Origin: an uncultured Methyloceanibacter sp.
Lineage (GTDB): Bacteria; Pseudomonadota; Alphaproteobacteria; Rhizobiales; Methyloligellaceae
Assembly: GCA_964523345.1 (NCBI GenBank)
Contig: CAZFYL010000002.1
Span: forward strand, 5,373 to 69,372
Reading direction: 5' to 3'
Length of the DNA: 64,000 bases
The position numbers and the translations under genes are program-made. Of this stretch, positions 10,692-20,712 are shown one piece after another. The notes under the pieces are model-generated. The model did no database searches. It had not been told where the DNA came from and saw nothing but the letters and a program-made list of their open reading frames with translations. Numbering within the stretch: the first letter of the stretch is position 1; every line of letters starts with the position of its first letter.

Positions 10692-10722
10692 GCGCCGCTT
10701 CGGCACGGCTAGACTTTAACCG

Positions 10723-11457
10723 TCACGCCGAAATTCTCGACCGGCGCGTGACAAGTCCTATCAGCCTTTCTCTGGCTTGTGGCATGGCGAGGCCATGCGG
10801 GGCGAGCACGTCGCGTTCGAGGAAATGTCCAGTGAGCGCGAAACCCGCGACGACTTCGCTCTCCTCGACTGTCGCAGCGTCATCGCGAAGAAACGCCGGA
10901 AGCTTTAGCAGCTTATCGTCATAGGGCTTGCCGGCCTCGCGAGAGACGGCGCGGCCCGAACGCGGCGAAACATAAACAAGCTCTGTATCGTTACCGGTCG
11001 CGGCGCATTCGCTGAGATCGAGGCCAAAGCCCAGTTCCTGCAAGAGCTGAAGCTCCCAGCGCACGAGAAGCGGGAGCCAGAGTTTCGGTTCGTCGAAAGC
11101 GCTCAGCACCTGGAGCGAGGAGGCGTAGAGAGCGGGGTGCGGATCGCGCTCGGGAAGAAGCCGGGCCAGACCGGCGAGCGAACCGATGGCTGCCAAGGCA
11201 CTGGCATCGTCAAGGACGCGCGCGGCATTCGCGTCAATCAGCTCGAGATTAAAGCCGCCGAGATGCTCGGAAAGGCGTGCCCGCCAGGTGACGCCCAGCC
11301 GATTGCCCGGCTGCAGCAAAGGGCGCAGACGGCGTGACCGCCCTCCCCGTACCAGCCCAAGGTGACGGCCATGGCCAAGGGTGAAGAGCTCGGCGACGGC
11401 ACTTGTCTCGCCAAGCGGCTTGGCGCTGAGAAAGATGCCTTCGTCGCTCCAATCCAT
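10723..11457 (-). CDS. recO: DNA repair protein RecO
   Basis: Start re-assigned to the ATG at 11457 (MDWSDEGIFLSAKPLGETSAVAELFTLGHGRHLGLVRGGRS), the typical RecO N-terminal OB-fold. Lies downstream of era as in most bacteria. Confidence 0.85.
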   Translation of the reverse strand: MDWSDEGIFLSAKPLGETSAVAELFTLGHGRHLGLVRGGRSRRLRPLLQPGNRLGVTWRARLSEHLGGFNLELIDANAARVLDDASALAAIGSLAGLARLLPERDPHPALYASSLQVLSAFDEPKLWLPLLVRWELQLLQELGFGLDLSECAATGNDTELVYVSPRSGRAVSREAGKPYDDKLLKLPAFLRDDAATVEESEVVAGFALTGHFLERDVLAPHGLAMPQARERLIGLVTRRSRISA

Positions 11458-11476
11458 GAATCGTACGAGCTTCGCT

Positions 11477-12406
11477 CTATCGCTTGGGATAGTCGAGGCC
11501 CATCTCGCGATAGCGTTCTGGATCCTCGGCCCACTTTTCGCGCACTTTGACAAACAGAAAGAGATGAACCGGCGTCCCGGTCATGGCGCCAATCTCGGCG
11601 CGCGCGGCTGAGCCGATCTCCTTGATGGTGCGGCCCTTGGCGCCGAGCACGATTTTGCGCTGGCTCTCGCGCTCGACATAGATGGTCTGCTCGATCCTGA
11701 TGCTTCCGTCCGCCAGCTCCTTCCACTCGTTGGTCTCGACCGTCAGCGTGTAGGGAAGCTCCTGGTGCAGCCGCAGGAACAGCTTCTCGCGCGTGGTTTC
11801 GGCGGCGCCCTGTCTCAGGGATTGATCGGTGAGTTGGTCCGCAGGGAAAAGCCAAGGCCCTGGTGGCACCGCTTCGGCAAGATAGGTTTTCAGTTCCGCG
11901 ACACCATCGCCGGACAGCGCCGAGATCATAAAGACGCGGTCGAACAACGCATGCGCCTGCAGGTCAGCGGTAAGACGCAACAGCTCGGTCTTGGCGACAA
12001 GGTCGATCTTGTTGAGGATGGCGATGCGGGGCCGTTTGACTGCGCCGAGGTGCGACAGAAGAGGCTCGACCTCGCCATCGAGGTTACGGGCCGCATCAAT
12101 CACAACGGCGACGAGGTCGGCGTCGCCCGCCCGCTCCCAAGCCGCCTGGGCCATGGCACGATCGAGCTTGCGTTTGGGCGGAAAGATCCCCGGCGTGTCG
12201 ACCAGGATCACCTGGGATTTGCCGATCAGGGCAATGCCGCGCACCGGCCCCCGTGTCGTCTGCGCCTTATGGGTCACGATCGAGATTTTGGCGCCGACCA
12301 ACGCATTGGTGAGGGTCGATTTGCCGCTGTTCGGGGCCCCGATCAGCGCCACGAAGCCGCAGCGCGTGACCGCATCATCAACCGCCGCGGGATCGGCACT
12401 AGCCAT
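11477..12406 (-). CDS. era: GTPase Era
   Basis: Start re-assigned to the ATG at 12406 (MASADPAAV...CGFVALIGAPNSGKSTLTNALVG). G1 GAPNSGKST, G3 DTPG, G4 NKID, C-terminal KH domain. The track's upstream 131 codons overlap rnc and are not Era-like. The start overlaps the rnc stop by 8 bp. Confidence 0.95.
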   Translation of the reverse strand: MASADPAAVDDAVTRCGFVALIGAPNSGKSTLTNALVGAKISIVTHKAQTTRGPVRGIALIGKSQVILVDTPGIFPPKRKLDRAMAQAAWERAGDADLVAVVIDAARNLDGEVEPLLSHLGAVKRPRIAILNKIDLVAKTELLRLTADLQAHALFDRVFMISALSGDGVAELKTYLAEAVPPGPWLFPADQLTDQSLRQGAAETTREKLFLRLHQELPYTLTVETNEWKELADGSIRIEQTIYVERESQRKIVLGAKGRTIKEIGSAARAEIGAMTGTPVHLFLFVKVREKWAEDPERYREMGLDYPKR

Positions 12407-13112
12407 TTTGGGGCGCCTGCCAGACCCCTTCGCGCAGGAGCATCGCCAGTGCGGCGGCCTGTTCCGCTTCACGCTTGTTCGCCCCCTGCCCGCGCTCCGG
12501 GGCCACGCCTTCAATCTCAACTTCAGCGGTGAAGTGAGGCGCATGGTCTGGACCTTCGCGGGCGACCTCGGAATAGCGCGGCAGCGGCAAGCGCCGGCCT
12601 TGTGCCCATTCCTGCAACACGGATTTCGCGTCGAGAATGGCAAGACCAATTCTGCCAAGCTGAGGCTCCCAGAATTCCCGCACCACCCGCTTGGCCGCGT
12701 CGTAGCCGCCGTCAGCGAATACGGCGCCAAGCACGGCCTCGCAAGCATTGGCAAGAATCGTCTTCTTCCGGCGGCCACCAGTTCCGGCTTCTCCGCCACT
12801 CATTAAGATGACGTCGCCGAGATTCCAGCCTTGCGCGATTTCGGCGCACGTCTCCGCACGGACCAGCTGATTGAACCAACGGGCGAGCTCGCCTTCACTT
12901 GCCCTGGGAAGGGCGTCAGTCAGAAGCTCGGCCACGGCGAGGCCAAGCACACGGTCGCCGAGGAATTCGAGACGCTCATTGTCTTCGTCAGGCCGCGCGC
13001 CGGCGCGTGCACTCGAATGGATCAAGGCAAGCTCAAGCAATGCCGGATCGGAAAAATCGTGCCCGATGCGGGCTGCGAGGTCGTTGAGCGCCGTTTTGCG
13101 GGGCTCAGTCAA
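12399..13112 (-). CDS. rnc: Ribonuclease III
   Basis: 237 aa. RNase III signature NERLEFLGDRVLG, plus a C-terminal dsRBD (SVLQEWAQGRRLPLPRY...GQGANKREAEQAAA). Confidence 0.95.
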   Translation of the reverse strand: MTEPRKTALNDLAARIGHDFSDPALLELALIHSSARAGARPDEDNERLEFLGDRVLGLAVAELLTDALPRASEGELARWFNQLVRAETCAEIAQGWNLGDVILMSGGEAGTGGRRKKTILANACEAVLGAVFADGGYDAAKRVVREFWEPQLGRIGLAILDAKSVLQEWAQGRRLPLPRYSEVAREGPDHAPHFTAEVEIEGVAPERGQGANKREAEQAAALAMLLREGVWQAPQNG

Positions 13113-13115
13113 AGC

Positions 13116-13871
13116 TCAATGAACCACCAGAAAAATGCGCGGCCAGCGAATGCTGGTCGGCCAATCCCAGAACTCGAAAAAGCTCGAATCTTCTTTCATC
13201 GAGAAAAAGATGATCTGCGCCTTGCCGACCAGATTCTCGAACGGCACGAAGCCGACCTCCGACAGAAAGCGGCTGTCGGTGGAATTGTCGCGGTTATCGC
13301 CCATCATGAAGAAATGCCCTTCCGGCACTTTGTAAACTTCGGTGGTATCGCCGAAGCTGTCTTCAACTGCGTCGAGGACGGGATATTTCACGCCGTTTGG
13401 CAGGGTCTCCTCGAAGCGCGCGATGCGCCGCTTCCGGCCCCCGTGCTCGGTCACGACGTAGTCGCTGATGCGCACCTTCGGGACAGGCTTGCCGTTGATG
13501 TTGAGTACGCCGTTAATCATCTGGATCTCGTCGCCAGGGAGGCCGATCACGCGCTTGATATAGTCGGTCTCATTGTCGCGCGGCAGCTTGAACACCACGA
13601 CGTCGCCCCTCTCCGGGTCCCCTGCCCAGACCCGCCCCGAGAACAGATTTAATCCGAACGGAAACGAGTACCGGCTGTAACCGTAGCTGTACTTGGAGAC
13701 GAAGAGATAGTCGCCGACCAGCAGGGTCGGGATCATCGAGCCCGAGGGAATATTGAACGGCTGGAACAGAAAAATGCGCACGATGAGCGCCAGGATCAGC
13801 GCATGGATAATGACGCGAATCGTATCCTTCGTGCTGCTCTTTGCTTCCGTCTTCTCGGCTTCGACGCTCAT
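13116..13871 (-). CDS. lepB: Signal peptidase I
   Basis: 251 aa. IPSGSMIPTLLVGDYLFVSK (Ser box), YIKRVIGLPGD (Lys box), FMMGDNRDNSTDSR. Confidence 0.95.
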   Translation of the reverse strand: MSVEAEKTEAKSSTKDTIRVIIHALILALIVRIFLFQPFNIPSGSMIPTLLVGDYLFVSKYSYGYSRYSFPFGLNLFSGRVWAGDPERGDVVVFKLPRDNETDYIKRVIGLPGDEIQMINGVLNINGKPVPKVRISDYVVTEHGGRKRRIARFEETLPNGVKYPVLDAVEDSFGDTTEVYKVPEGHFFMMGDNRDNSTDSRFLSEVGFVPFENLVGKAQIIFFSMKEDSSFFEFWDWPTSIRWPRIFLVVH

Positions 13872-13958
13872 GCGGAAGCTCTCCTTTGGCTTTCTAAATC
13901 CGGGCCCGCGGCTGGCCAGCCGCCCCTATAGCCCCTCCGTTCCGGAGAGGCAAACCGA

Positions 13959-14369
13959 TCAATCACGGAAAGAAATCCTTATGGCGGAGATGATGACGAT
14001 AGCCTGGGCGCTGGGGAAATCGTCGGTAATCGACAAATCAATGCGCACCTCATGACCCTCGGGCGTCAGCCGGGCAAGCGCCTGTGCCGCGCCTCCGGTC
14101 AGTTCTAACGTAGGGCGCCCCGAGGGCAAATTGACGACGCCCATATCGCGCCAGAATACGCCTTGGCGAAAGCCGGTACCGAGCGCTTTGGCGCAAGCCT
14201 CTTTTGCGGCAAAGCGCTTGGCGTAGGAGGCGGCACGCGCAGCCCTGCCATCTGATTTCTTCCGCTCGAGCGGCGTGAAGATCCGGTCGAGAAATCGTTC
14301 GCCGTAACGGTCGATCGTACGTTCAACCCGCCTGATGTCGATGATGTCATTGCCAATGCCGATGATCAT
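13959..14369 (-). CDS. acpS: Holo-[acyl-carrier-protein] synthase
   Basis: 136 aa. [14 protein letters not shown]..., [22 protein letters not shown]. The start overlaps the pdxJ stop by 4 bp. Confidence 0.9.
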   Translation of the reverse strand: MIIGIGNDIIDIRRVERTIDRYGERFLDRIFTPLERKKSDGRAARAASYAKRFAAKEACAKALGTGFRQGVFWRDMGVVNLPSGRPTLELTGGAAQALARLTPEGHEVRIDLSITDDFPSAQAIVIISAIRISFRD

Positions 14370-15190
14370 CGCGCTTCACCAACCGTCGCTTCAGCGTCGC
14401 CATGTCGCAGGGCCTCACGCGCGCCGTCCATGAGCGCCCGCATGCGAGAGACGCTCTGAGAGAGCCCAACGAAGATCGCCTGCCCCACGAGGTAATGTCC
14501 GATATTGAGCTCGACGATTTCCGGGATCGAAGCAATTGGGACGACGTTATCATAGTTGAGACCGTGACCGGCATGGACCTCCAGGCCGGACGCAGCCGCG
14601 TCTCGCGCGCCGGTTATAAGGCGCTTCAACTCGCGATCGAGCGCCGGGTCATTCCCCTGCTTCGCAGCTTCGCAATAGGTGCCGGTATGGAACTCGACGG
14701 CATCGGCACTCACTTTTCGTGCGGCTTCGATCTGCGCGGGCTCGGGATCGATAAACAAGGAAACCTGAATGCCGGCGCGCCGCAGTTCGGCAATAAAGGG
14801 GCCGAGCGTACCGACTTGGCTTGCCGCATCGAGTCCGCCTTCCGTGGTCAGCTCCTGGCGCCGTTCCGGCACGAGACAGCAGGCGTGCGGGCGCGTCGCC
14901 AGCCCAATCTCTAGCATCTCCGGGGTGACAGCCATTTCCAGATTGAGCGGCGCAAGACGGGCCGCGGCGAGCCTGGCGATATCATCGTCGCGGATGTGAC
15001 GGCGATCCTCGCGCAAATGGGCCGTGATGTTGTCGGCACCCGCCTCGACCGCGAGCTTTGCCGCGTGCAAAGGATCGGGATGGTGTCCGCCCCGCGCATT
15101 CCGCAAGGTCGCGATATGGTCGATGTTAATGCCGAGACGGATGGGAGCCACGCTTGACCTCCGTGCCGGCGCTGCGGACTCGGCACTCAT
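14366..15190 (-). CDS. pdxJ: Pyridoxine 5'-phosphate synthase
   Basis: Start re-assigned to the ATG at 15190 (MSAESAAP...[18 protein letters not shown]). Also [36 protein letters not shown] overlap with the stop of the upstream DUF2062 gene. Confidence 0.9.
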   Translation of the reverse strand: MSAESAAPARRSSVAPIRLGINIDHIATLRNARGGHHPDPLHAAKLAVEAGADNITAHLREDRRHIRDDDIARLAAARLAPLNLEMAVTPEMLEIGLATRPHACCLVPERRQELTTEGGLDAASQVGTLGPFIAELRRAGIQVSLFIDPEPAQIEAARKVSADAVEFHTGTYCEAAKQGNDPALDRELKRLITGARDAAASGLEVHAGHGLNYDNVVPIASIPEIVELNIGHYLVGQAIFVGLSQSVSRMRALMDGAREALRHGDAEATVGEAR

Positions 15191-15765
15191 TGCGTGCCTA
15201 ACGCCTCGCGGGCGGACCGAAGTTCGAGCTTGCGGCGGCGGCGGTGCTTGTAAGCCTCGACCATCGGCTTCACGAGAAAATAGCTGAGGGCGGCCAAAGC
15301 AAGACCCAGCGGCAGACTGCCGAGAGCCATCGGTTTGATGATTGGCCATAGCTGATCGAGCGAGGATTGGAAGATACCGCCCGACAGATCGATCTGCGGT
15401 GCCTTGCTCTCGCCACCCAACAGGAGATTGCCGAGCTGGTAAGTCCCGTACCAAATGGCGGGATAGGTCAGAGGATTGCCGACGAACGTTCCGAGCACGG
15501 CGGCGACAATGCTGCCCCCGATGATCCAGGCAAGAAGCATCGCCATCATGAGATGCGTGCCGATGAACGGCGTGAACGCTGCGAACACACCCGCGGCGAA
15601 CCCAAGAGCGACGGCATGGGGCGTGTCACTCAAGCGCCTGAGGCGGTAGACGACATAGCGGGTCGAGCGGCTCCAGCTTCGCCGGGGCCACAAATGCACG
15701 CGTATCCGCTCAAGAAAGCTCTCCGCCTCGCGGCGCCTGAACAGCATCACCACCTCGCTACGCAC
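15187..15765 (-). CDS. DUF2062 domain-containing membrane protein
   Basis: 192 aa. LWPRRSWSRSTRYVVYRL..PHAVALGFAAGVFAAFTPFIGTHLMMAMLLA matches the DUF2062 pattern. Multiple TM segments. Confidence 0.65.
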   Translation of the reverse strand: MRSEVVMLFRRREAESFLERIRVHLWPRRSWSRSTRYVVYRLRRLSDTPHAVALGFAAGVFAAFTPFIGTHLMMAMLLAWIIGGSIVAAVLGTFVGNPLTYPAIWYGTYQLGNLLLGGESKAPQIDLSGGIFQSSLDQLWPIIKPMALGSLPLGLALAALSYFLVKPMVEAYKHRRRRKLELRSAREALGTQ

Positions 15766-15855
15766 ACCTCAGATCGAAAAGCCGGACGATGGCAGCACCG
15801 GGGCGCGCAGAGCCTATAGCATATTTAGGGAGGATTCTCTCAGGAGACCAGCGCT

Positions 15856-18084
15856 CTAGGCGCCCACGCGCGCGGCGCGGCTGACCACATCTTTGGCTTT
15901 CAAACCGGCAATGATGTCGTTGAGGTGCTTGAGATCCCACACCTCCAGGTCGATCGATAGTTCGGTGTAATCGGCCACGCTATTGGTCGTCTTAATACTG
16001 TCAATATTGCCGTTGGTTTCGCCGATCACGGCGGCAACTTGGGCCAAACTTCCTGGCTCGTTCAGCACGGTTACGGAAATCCGCGCCGGAAAACGCTGCG
16101 GATTGTCTTCGTCAATGTCCCAGGTCACGTCGATCCAACGTTGCGGCTCCTCGTCAAAAGCCCTCAACGCGTCGGCGTGGATTGGATAGATCGTGATTCC
16201 TTGACCGGGGGTCAGGATTCCCACAATCCGGTCCCCCGGCACCGCCCCGCCGGCGGCGAAGTTCACCGGCAAGTCACTGCGCATCCCCCTGATTGGAATG
16301 CCGCTCGGCCCTTGCTCATGCGCTCGGTCGCCCGAGCCGGGCCAACGAAATTTCAGGCCCATGACCTTGCGCAGACCGAACCAGCCTTCATCGTGACGCT
16401 TGACCTTGCGCCGGCGCTTGGGCGGCTCTTGAGGCGTCTCCTCGGGAAACACAGCGCGCACCACATCGGCGGAGGGAAGTTCACCGCGTCCAACCGAGGC
16501 CATGACGTCTTCGGCGGTCTTTTGCGACAGGCGCCCGAGGGCTGCGGCAAGGCTTTCCTCGCTGAAAGTCTTTTCGCGGCGTTGAAAGGCCCTGACCAGA
16601 ATCTCGCGGCCAAGTTTGCCGTATTGGGCGCGAACGGCGTCGCGCGTCGCGCGCCTTATGGCCGAGCGGGCCTTGCCGGTGACGGCGAGGCTTTGCCAAG
16701 CGGAAGGCGGAAGCTGCGCCTTAGAGCAGACGATCTCAACCTCGTCGCCGTTTCTAAGCTCGGTCACGAGCGGCATGGGACGCCCGTTGATCTTGGCGCC
16801 CACGCACGTATTGCCGATTTGAGTATGCACGGCATAGGCGAAGTCGATGGGATTGGCGCCGCGGGGCAACGCGATCAGCCGGCCCTTCGGCGTAAAACAG
16901 AACACCTGGTCTTGGAACAGTTCGAGCTTGGTGTGCTCGAGAAACTCTTCGGGATTGTCGCCGTCGAGCAGCATGCCGACCAGATGGCGCAGCCAGCGAT
17001 AGGCGTTCGAGTCTTGCGAGGGAACGATGCCCTTCGATCCGTTCGCGCCGTTGGAATCTTTGTAAAGGGCGTGCGCAGCGACGCCATATTCGGCGACGGA
17101 GTGCATCCGTTCGGTGCGGATTTGCAGCTCGACCCTCTGATGACGCGGGCCAACGATCGTCGTGTGAATCGACTGATAGTCGTTCTGCTTGGGATTGGAG
17201 ATGTAATCCTTGAACCGGCCGGGCACGGCATGCCAAGTGGTGTGCACGACGGCAAGCGCGCGATAGCAATCCTCCATTTCAGGCACGACGATACGGAAAG
17301 CGTAGATATCGGAGAGCTGCTCGAGCGAAATTTGTTTTCGCTCCATCTTGCTCCAGATGGCATAGGCTTTTTTCTCCCGTCCAACCACGAACCCCGCCAC
17401 CTTCGTCTCTTTCAGCTTGGCGGTGAGCGCACCCGCAATCTCATCGATCAGACCTTGATTTTGCTTGCGCAGGATCGCAAGCCGCTCGACCACGGCCGCA
17501 TAGCCCTCGGGGTTGAGAGCCTTGAAGGCGTGGTCCTCAAGCTCTTCGCGCAGCCACTGCATCCCCATGCGTCCCGCCAGGGGCGCATAGATGTCCATCG
17601 TCTCCTCGGCGATGATTTTGCGTTTGGTCGGCTTTATCGCTCCGAGTGTACGCATGTTGTGGAGGCGATCGGCGAGCTTGACCAGCAGCACGCGGATGTC
17701 GCTGGAAATGGCCAGCAACAGCTTACGGAAGTTCTCGGCCTGCTCGGCCTTCTTGGTCACCAGGTCGAGCTTTTTGATCTTGGTAAGGCCGTCGACCAGT
17801 GTGCCGATCTCGCGGCCGAACAATTCATCGATCTCGCCGCGGGTGGCTTCGGTATCTTCGATCGTGTCGTGCAGAAGCGCCGTGGCGATGGTGGCGTCGT
17901 CGAGCCTCATCTCGGCAAGAATCGCCGCCACCTCGACCGGATGAGAAATGAAGGGAAGCCCGGAGGCGCGCTTCTGATTGCCATGCGCCTTCATGGCGTA
18001 GACATAGGCGCGGTTCAGCAGCGCCTCGTCGGCGTTCGGTTGATAGCTCAGGACCCGCTCGACCAGCTCGTATTGGCGGGTCAT
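15856..18084 (-). CDS. spoT: Bifunctional (p)ppGpp synthetase/hydrolase (RelA/SpoT homologue)
   Basis: 742 aa. HD hydrolase motif HPVEVAAILAEMRLDDATIATALLHDTIEDT, synthetase motif RFKDYISNPKQNDYQSIHTTI..ELQIRT, then TGS and C-terminal ACT regions. Confidence 0.95.
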   Translation of the reverse strand: MTRQYELVERVLSYQPNADEALLNRAYVYAMKAHGNQKRASGLPFISHPVEVAAILAEMRLDDATIATALLHDTIEDTEATRGEIDELFGREIGTLVDGLTKIKKLDLVTKKAEQAENFRKLLLAISSDIRVLLVKLADRLHNMRTLGAIKPTKRKIIAEETMDIYAPLAGRMGMQWLREELEDHAFKALNPEGYAAVVERLAILRKQNQGLIDEIAGALTAKLKETKVAGFVVGREKKAYAIWSKMERKQISLEQLSDIYAFRIVVPEMEDCYRALAVVHTTWHAVPGRFKDYISNPKQNDYQSIHTTIVGPRHQRVELQIRTERMHSVAEYGVAAHALYKDSNGANGSKGIVPSQDSNAYRWLRHLVGMLLDGDNPEEFLEHTKLELFQDQVFCFTPKGRLIALPRGANPIDFAYAVHTQIGNTCVGAKINGRPMPLVTELRNGDEVEIVCSKAQLPPSAWQSLAVTGKARSAIRRATRDAVRAQYGKLGREILVRAFQRREKTFSEESLAAALGRLSQKTAEDVMASVGRGELPSADVVRAVFPEETPQEPPKRRRKVKRHDEGWFGLRKVMGLKFRWPGSGDRAHEQGPSGIPIRGMRSDLPVNFAAGGAVPGDRIVGILTPGQGITIYPIHADALRAFDEEPQRWIDVTWDIDEDNPQRFPARISVTVLNEPGSLAQVAAVIGETNGNIDSIKTTNSVADYTELSIDLEVWDLKHLNDIIAGLKAKDVVSRAARVGA

Positions 18085-18183
18085 GGCGCGGGGGTCCTGG
18101 CGTTAGTGGCGGATGGGTTGACCCACGCGTCTATCGCCGGCGTGGCGATGCAACAAGCGCCGTCTCTTAAAAGTCCGTTGTGA

Positions 18184-18594
18184 TCAGCGTGAACGCGGTC
18201 CCGCATTGGAGCCATCCGAAGGCGCCTGACTCGCCATCCGGCGTAGCAGCTCCTCCTCGGTCATCTTGTCGATCGCTGTGTCGGTCGACTGGTCGTCCTG
18301 GCCGAGGGCCGGCATCCTGGGGTCCGCCGACAGCGCGGGTACAGCTTCGGCCTCGGGTTCATCCACCTCGACATATTTCTGCATGGAGTGGATGAAATCC
18401 TCTCGCAAATCGTCGGGAGCGATCTTCTTGTCGGCAATCTCGCGCAGCGCCACGACAGGGTTCTTGTCGTTGTCGCGCTGCACGGCGATTTGGGCGCCGG
18501 CGGAGATATTGCGGGCGCGGTGTCCGGCCAAGAGCACGAGCTCGAAGCGATTGGGAACCTTATCGATACAGTCCTCGACGGTAACGCGAGCCAT
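18184..18594 (-). CDS. rpoZ: DNA-directed RNA polymerase subunit omega
   Basis: Start re-assigned to the ATG at 18594 ([30 protein letters not shown]), the canonical RpoZ N-terminus. Immediately upstream of rsh, as in many proteobacteria. Confidence 0.9.
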   Translation of the reverse strand: MARVTVEDCIDKVPNRFELVLLAGHRARNISAGAQIAVQRDNDKNPVVALREIADKKIAPDDLREDFIHSMQKYVEVDEPEAEAVPALSADPRMPALGQDDQSTDTAIDKMTEEELLRRMASQAPSDGSNAGPRSR

Positions 18595-18671
18595 GAGGCA
18601 ATCCTTGTGCTGGAAGGTGAATTTCCTCTTATTTAGGCGGTTCGTGCCGCTCAAGCAAGCCGAACCGCCGC

Positions 18672-19223
18672 TCAAAGCCGTTCGATCACAGCCCCCTGCC
18701 CCCGCTTTGGCGCCTGCCGCCACAGCTCCCGGGCACTTTTTCCAAGCACCGGGTGACGCCAATCAGGCGCAAGATCGATGAGTGGCCGCAGCACGAAAGC
18801 CCGTTCATGGGCAAGCGGATGGGGCAGCGTGAGCGGCCGGGCGCCGGGTTCCGCAAAAGCCGCGCGCCCCCGGCGCCAGAACCTGATCTGCCCTTTGTAG
18901 TCGATAATGTCGATATCGAGCGTACGCGGACCCCAAGGTCTGCCGCCGCGGCGCCCTGAGCGGCGTTCGATCGCTTTCACAGCCCGGAGCAGGGCTTCGG
19001 GCGAAAGCGACGTGTCGAGCAGGGCCACCGCATTCACATAGGATGATTGCCGGGCGCTACCGACGGGCGCCGTCGCGTAAAGTGGAGAGACGGCCACAAC
19101 ATCGATCCTGGCCCGCCGCATTTCGGCCAAGGCATGTGCAATCGTCTCCGCCGGCGTTCCCCACACGCCTGGCGAGTTTGCACCGAGACCGATTACAACC
19201 TTGTGCGGCAATTGCGAAGCCAC
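18672..19223 (-). CDS. folK: 2-amino-4-hydroxy-6-hydroxymethyldihydropterin diphosphokinase
   Basis: [11 protein letters not shown]..., [26 protein letters not shown] and [18 protein letters not shown] are HPPK motifs. The start is uncertain: the track ATG at 19343 would overlap the divergent NYN gene, so I list the GTG at 19223. Confidence 0.78.
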   Translation of the reverse strand: MASQLPHKVVIGLGANSPGVWGTPAETIAHALAEMRRARIDVVAVSPLYATAPVGSARQSSYVNAVALLDTSLSPEALLRAVKAIERRSGRRGGRPWGPRTLDIDIIDYKGQIRFWRRGRAAFAEPGARPLTLPHPLAHERAFVLRPLIDLAPDWRHPVLGKSARELWRQAPKRGQGAVIERL

Positions 19224-19327
19224 GTTGGCGTACCTATCTTCCTTTCGTAGCTCCCTCACCACATCAGCGATTGCGGGGGACGCTGCTTTTATCTCAGTCA
19301 AACCATATTGCCGTGAACCGTAAGCAA

Positions 19328-19942
19328 ATGAATTTTTATCCAACAGAACGCGTCGCTCTGTTCATCGACGGCGCCAATCTCTATGCCACCGCCAAGTCGC
19401 TTGCCTTCGACATCGACTATAAACGGCTGCTTGTGTTGTTCCGTGCCAAAGGCCAGCTCATCCGTGCGCTCTACTATACGGCTCTGGCCGAGGATCAGGA
19501 GTACTCCTCGATCAGGCCATTGATCGATTGGCTCGACTATAACGGCTATACGATCGTGACGAAGCCGACCAAGGAGTTTGTCGATGCGGCCGGGCGGCGC
19601 AAGATCAAGGGCAACATGGACATCGAGCTTGCCGTCGATGCCATGGAGCTTGCCGATCATCTCGACCATCTCGTGCTGTTCTCAGGAGACGGCGACTTTC
19701 GCTCGCTGGTCGAGGCCCTCCAGCACAAGGGCAAGAGGGTGAGCGTGGTTTCGACGCTGACCACCAATCCGCCCATGGTGGCCGACGAACTTCGACGCCA
19801 GGCTGACGAATTTATCGATCTCGCCGATCTGGAAGACGAGATCGGCCGCGATCCGGCCGATCGGGCCCAACGCGGTGAGCGGCGCCGGAGTGAACCGGAA
19901 CCGCTCGATGAGTTCGAATCCGAAGACCTGATCGAGACCTAA
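19328..19942 (+). CDS. NYN/LabA-like (DUF88) domain protein, predicted RNase fold
   Basis: Start re-assigned to the ATG at 19328 (MNFYPTERVALFIDGANLYATAKSLAFDIDYKRLL). Also GNMDIELAVDAM and LFSGDGDF, which are NYN acidic residues. Acidic C-terminal tail. Confidence 0.72.
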   Translation: MNFYPTERVALFIDGANLYATAKSLAFDIDYKRLLVLFRAKGQLIRALYYTALAEDQEYSSIRPLIDWLDYNGYTIVTKPTKEFVDAAGRRKIKGNMDIELAVDAMELADHLDHLVLFSGDGDFRSLVEALQHKGKRVSVVSTLTTNPPMVADELRRQADEFIDLADLEDEIGRDPADRAQRGERRRSEPEPLDEFESEDLIET

Positions 19943-19986
19943 ATTCTTCGGTGGCGCAAGGCGGGAGGTGGCGTTAGGCATGGCGC

Positions 19987-20688
19987 ATGCCAGCCACGAA
20001 CGCGAGGCACTCTCCAGAACCCACCAGAGACTGCCCGCTCTGCCCGCGTCTCGTTGCCTTCCGCAACGACAATCGTCAGCAGCACCCGGCATGGTTCAAT
20101 GGCGCGGTACCGTCTTTCGGGCCCGAAACCGCAAAGCTCCTCATTGTCGGTCTTGCCCCCGGACTGAAAGGGGCCAACCGGACGGGGCGTCCTTTCCTTG
20201 GCGACCATGCTGGAAATTTACTCTACCCCACCCTGCTCAAAACCGGATTGGCCCGCGGCCGGCACGATCCGGCGGCGCCTGATGCACTTGAGCTGGTGGA
20301 CTGCATGATCACCAATACGGTGCGTTGCGTGCCGCCGCAAAACAAGCCGAAGGCCGATGAGGTTGCGCGCTGCCGGAGCTTTCTCGTCGCCCGCATCGCG
20401 GCGTTACCGAACCTAACCTCGCTCCTTGCCATCGGCCGCATCGCCCATGACGCCATTCTCGACGCGCTCAAGCTGAAGCGGGGCGCCTTTCCTTTCGCTC
20501 ACGGCTCCCGGCATAGCTTGCCTGACGGGCCTCTTCTGTTCGACAGCTATCATTGCTCCCGCCAAAACACCAATACCGGACGGCTGACGACGGAGATGTT
20601 CGAAACGGTTGTGTCCGAAGCTGCGGCAAGCTTACGCAGAACACGGTCAGCCGCCTTGCCGTCGGCTGCCAAGTCGGGCATGCTTTGA
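19987..20688 (+). CDS. Uracil-DNA glycosylase superfamily protein (family 4/5-like)
   Basis: 233 aa. CPLCPRLV (Fe-S Cys cluster region), LIVGLAPGLKGANRTGRPFLGD (GLAP in place of the family-4 GEAPG), C-terminal HCSRQN. Confidence 0.78.
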   Translation: MPATNARHSPEPTRDCPLCPRLVAFRNDNRQQHPAWFNGAVPSFGPETAKLLIVGLAPGLKGANRTGRPFLGDHAGNLLYPTLLKTGLARGRHDPAAPDALELVDCMITNTVRCVPPQNKPKADEVARCRSFLVARIAALPNLTSLLAIGRIAHDAILDALKLKRGAFPFAHGSRHSLPDGPLLFDSYHCSRQNTNTGRLTTEMFETVVSEAAASLRRTRSAALPSAAKSGML

Positions 20689-20712
20689 ACCGAGGCCGGG
20701 CGCTTAGTAAGG

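Noticed and set aside
10437-10706. 89-aa minus-strand ORF and 96-aa plus-strand ORF (10429..10719) over the (CGN)n tract
   Set aside because: Both are by-products of the low-complexity repeat. Neither has a hydrophobic or otherwise structured segment, and both run through the terminator hairpin. The 10154..10630 frame is kept only as a low-confidence candidate.
12407-12799. N-terminal 131-codon extension of the era ORF, and similar extensions of the recO, pdxJ, rpoZ, NYN and SSS ORFs
   Set aside because: The extensions overlap the upstream genes, are Arg/Cys/Pro-rich, and precede canonical N-termini (for example MARVTVEDC for RpoZ, MSAES...[14 protein letters not shown] for PdxJ). Starts were moved to the internal initiation codons.
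16039-18183. 714-aa plus-strand ORF
   Set aside because: It runs fully antisense to the unambiguous RelA/SpoT homologue (15856..18084). The product is Arg/Gly/Leu/Ala-rich with no motifs, the typical long shadow ORF of high-GC DNA.
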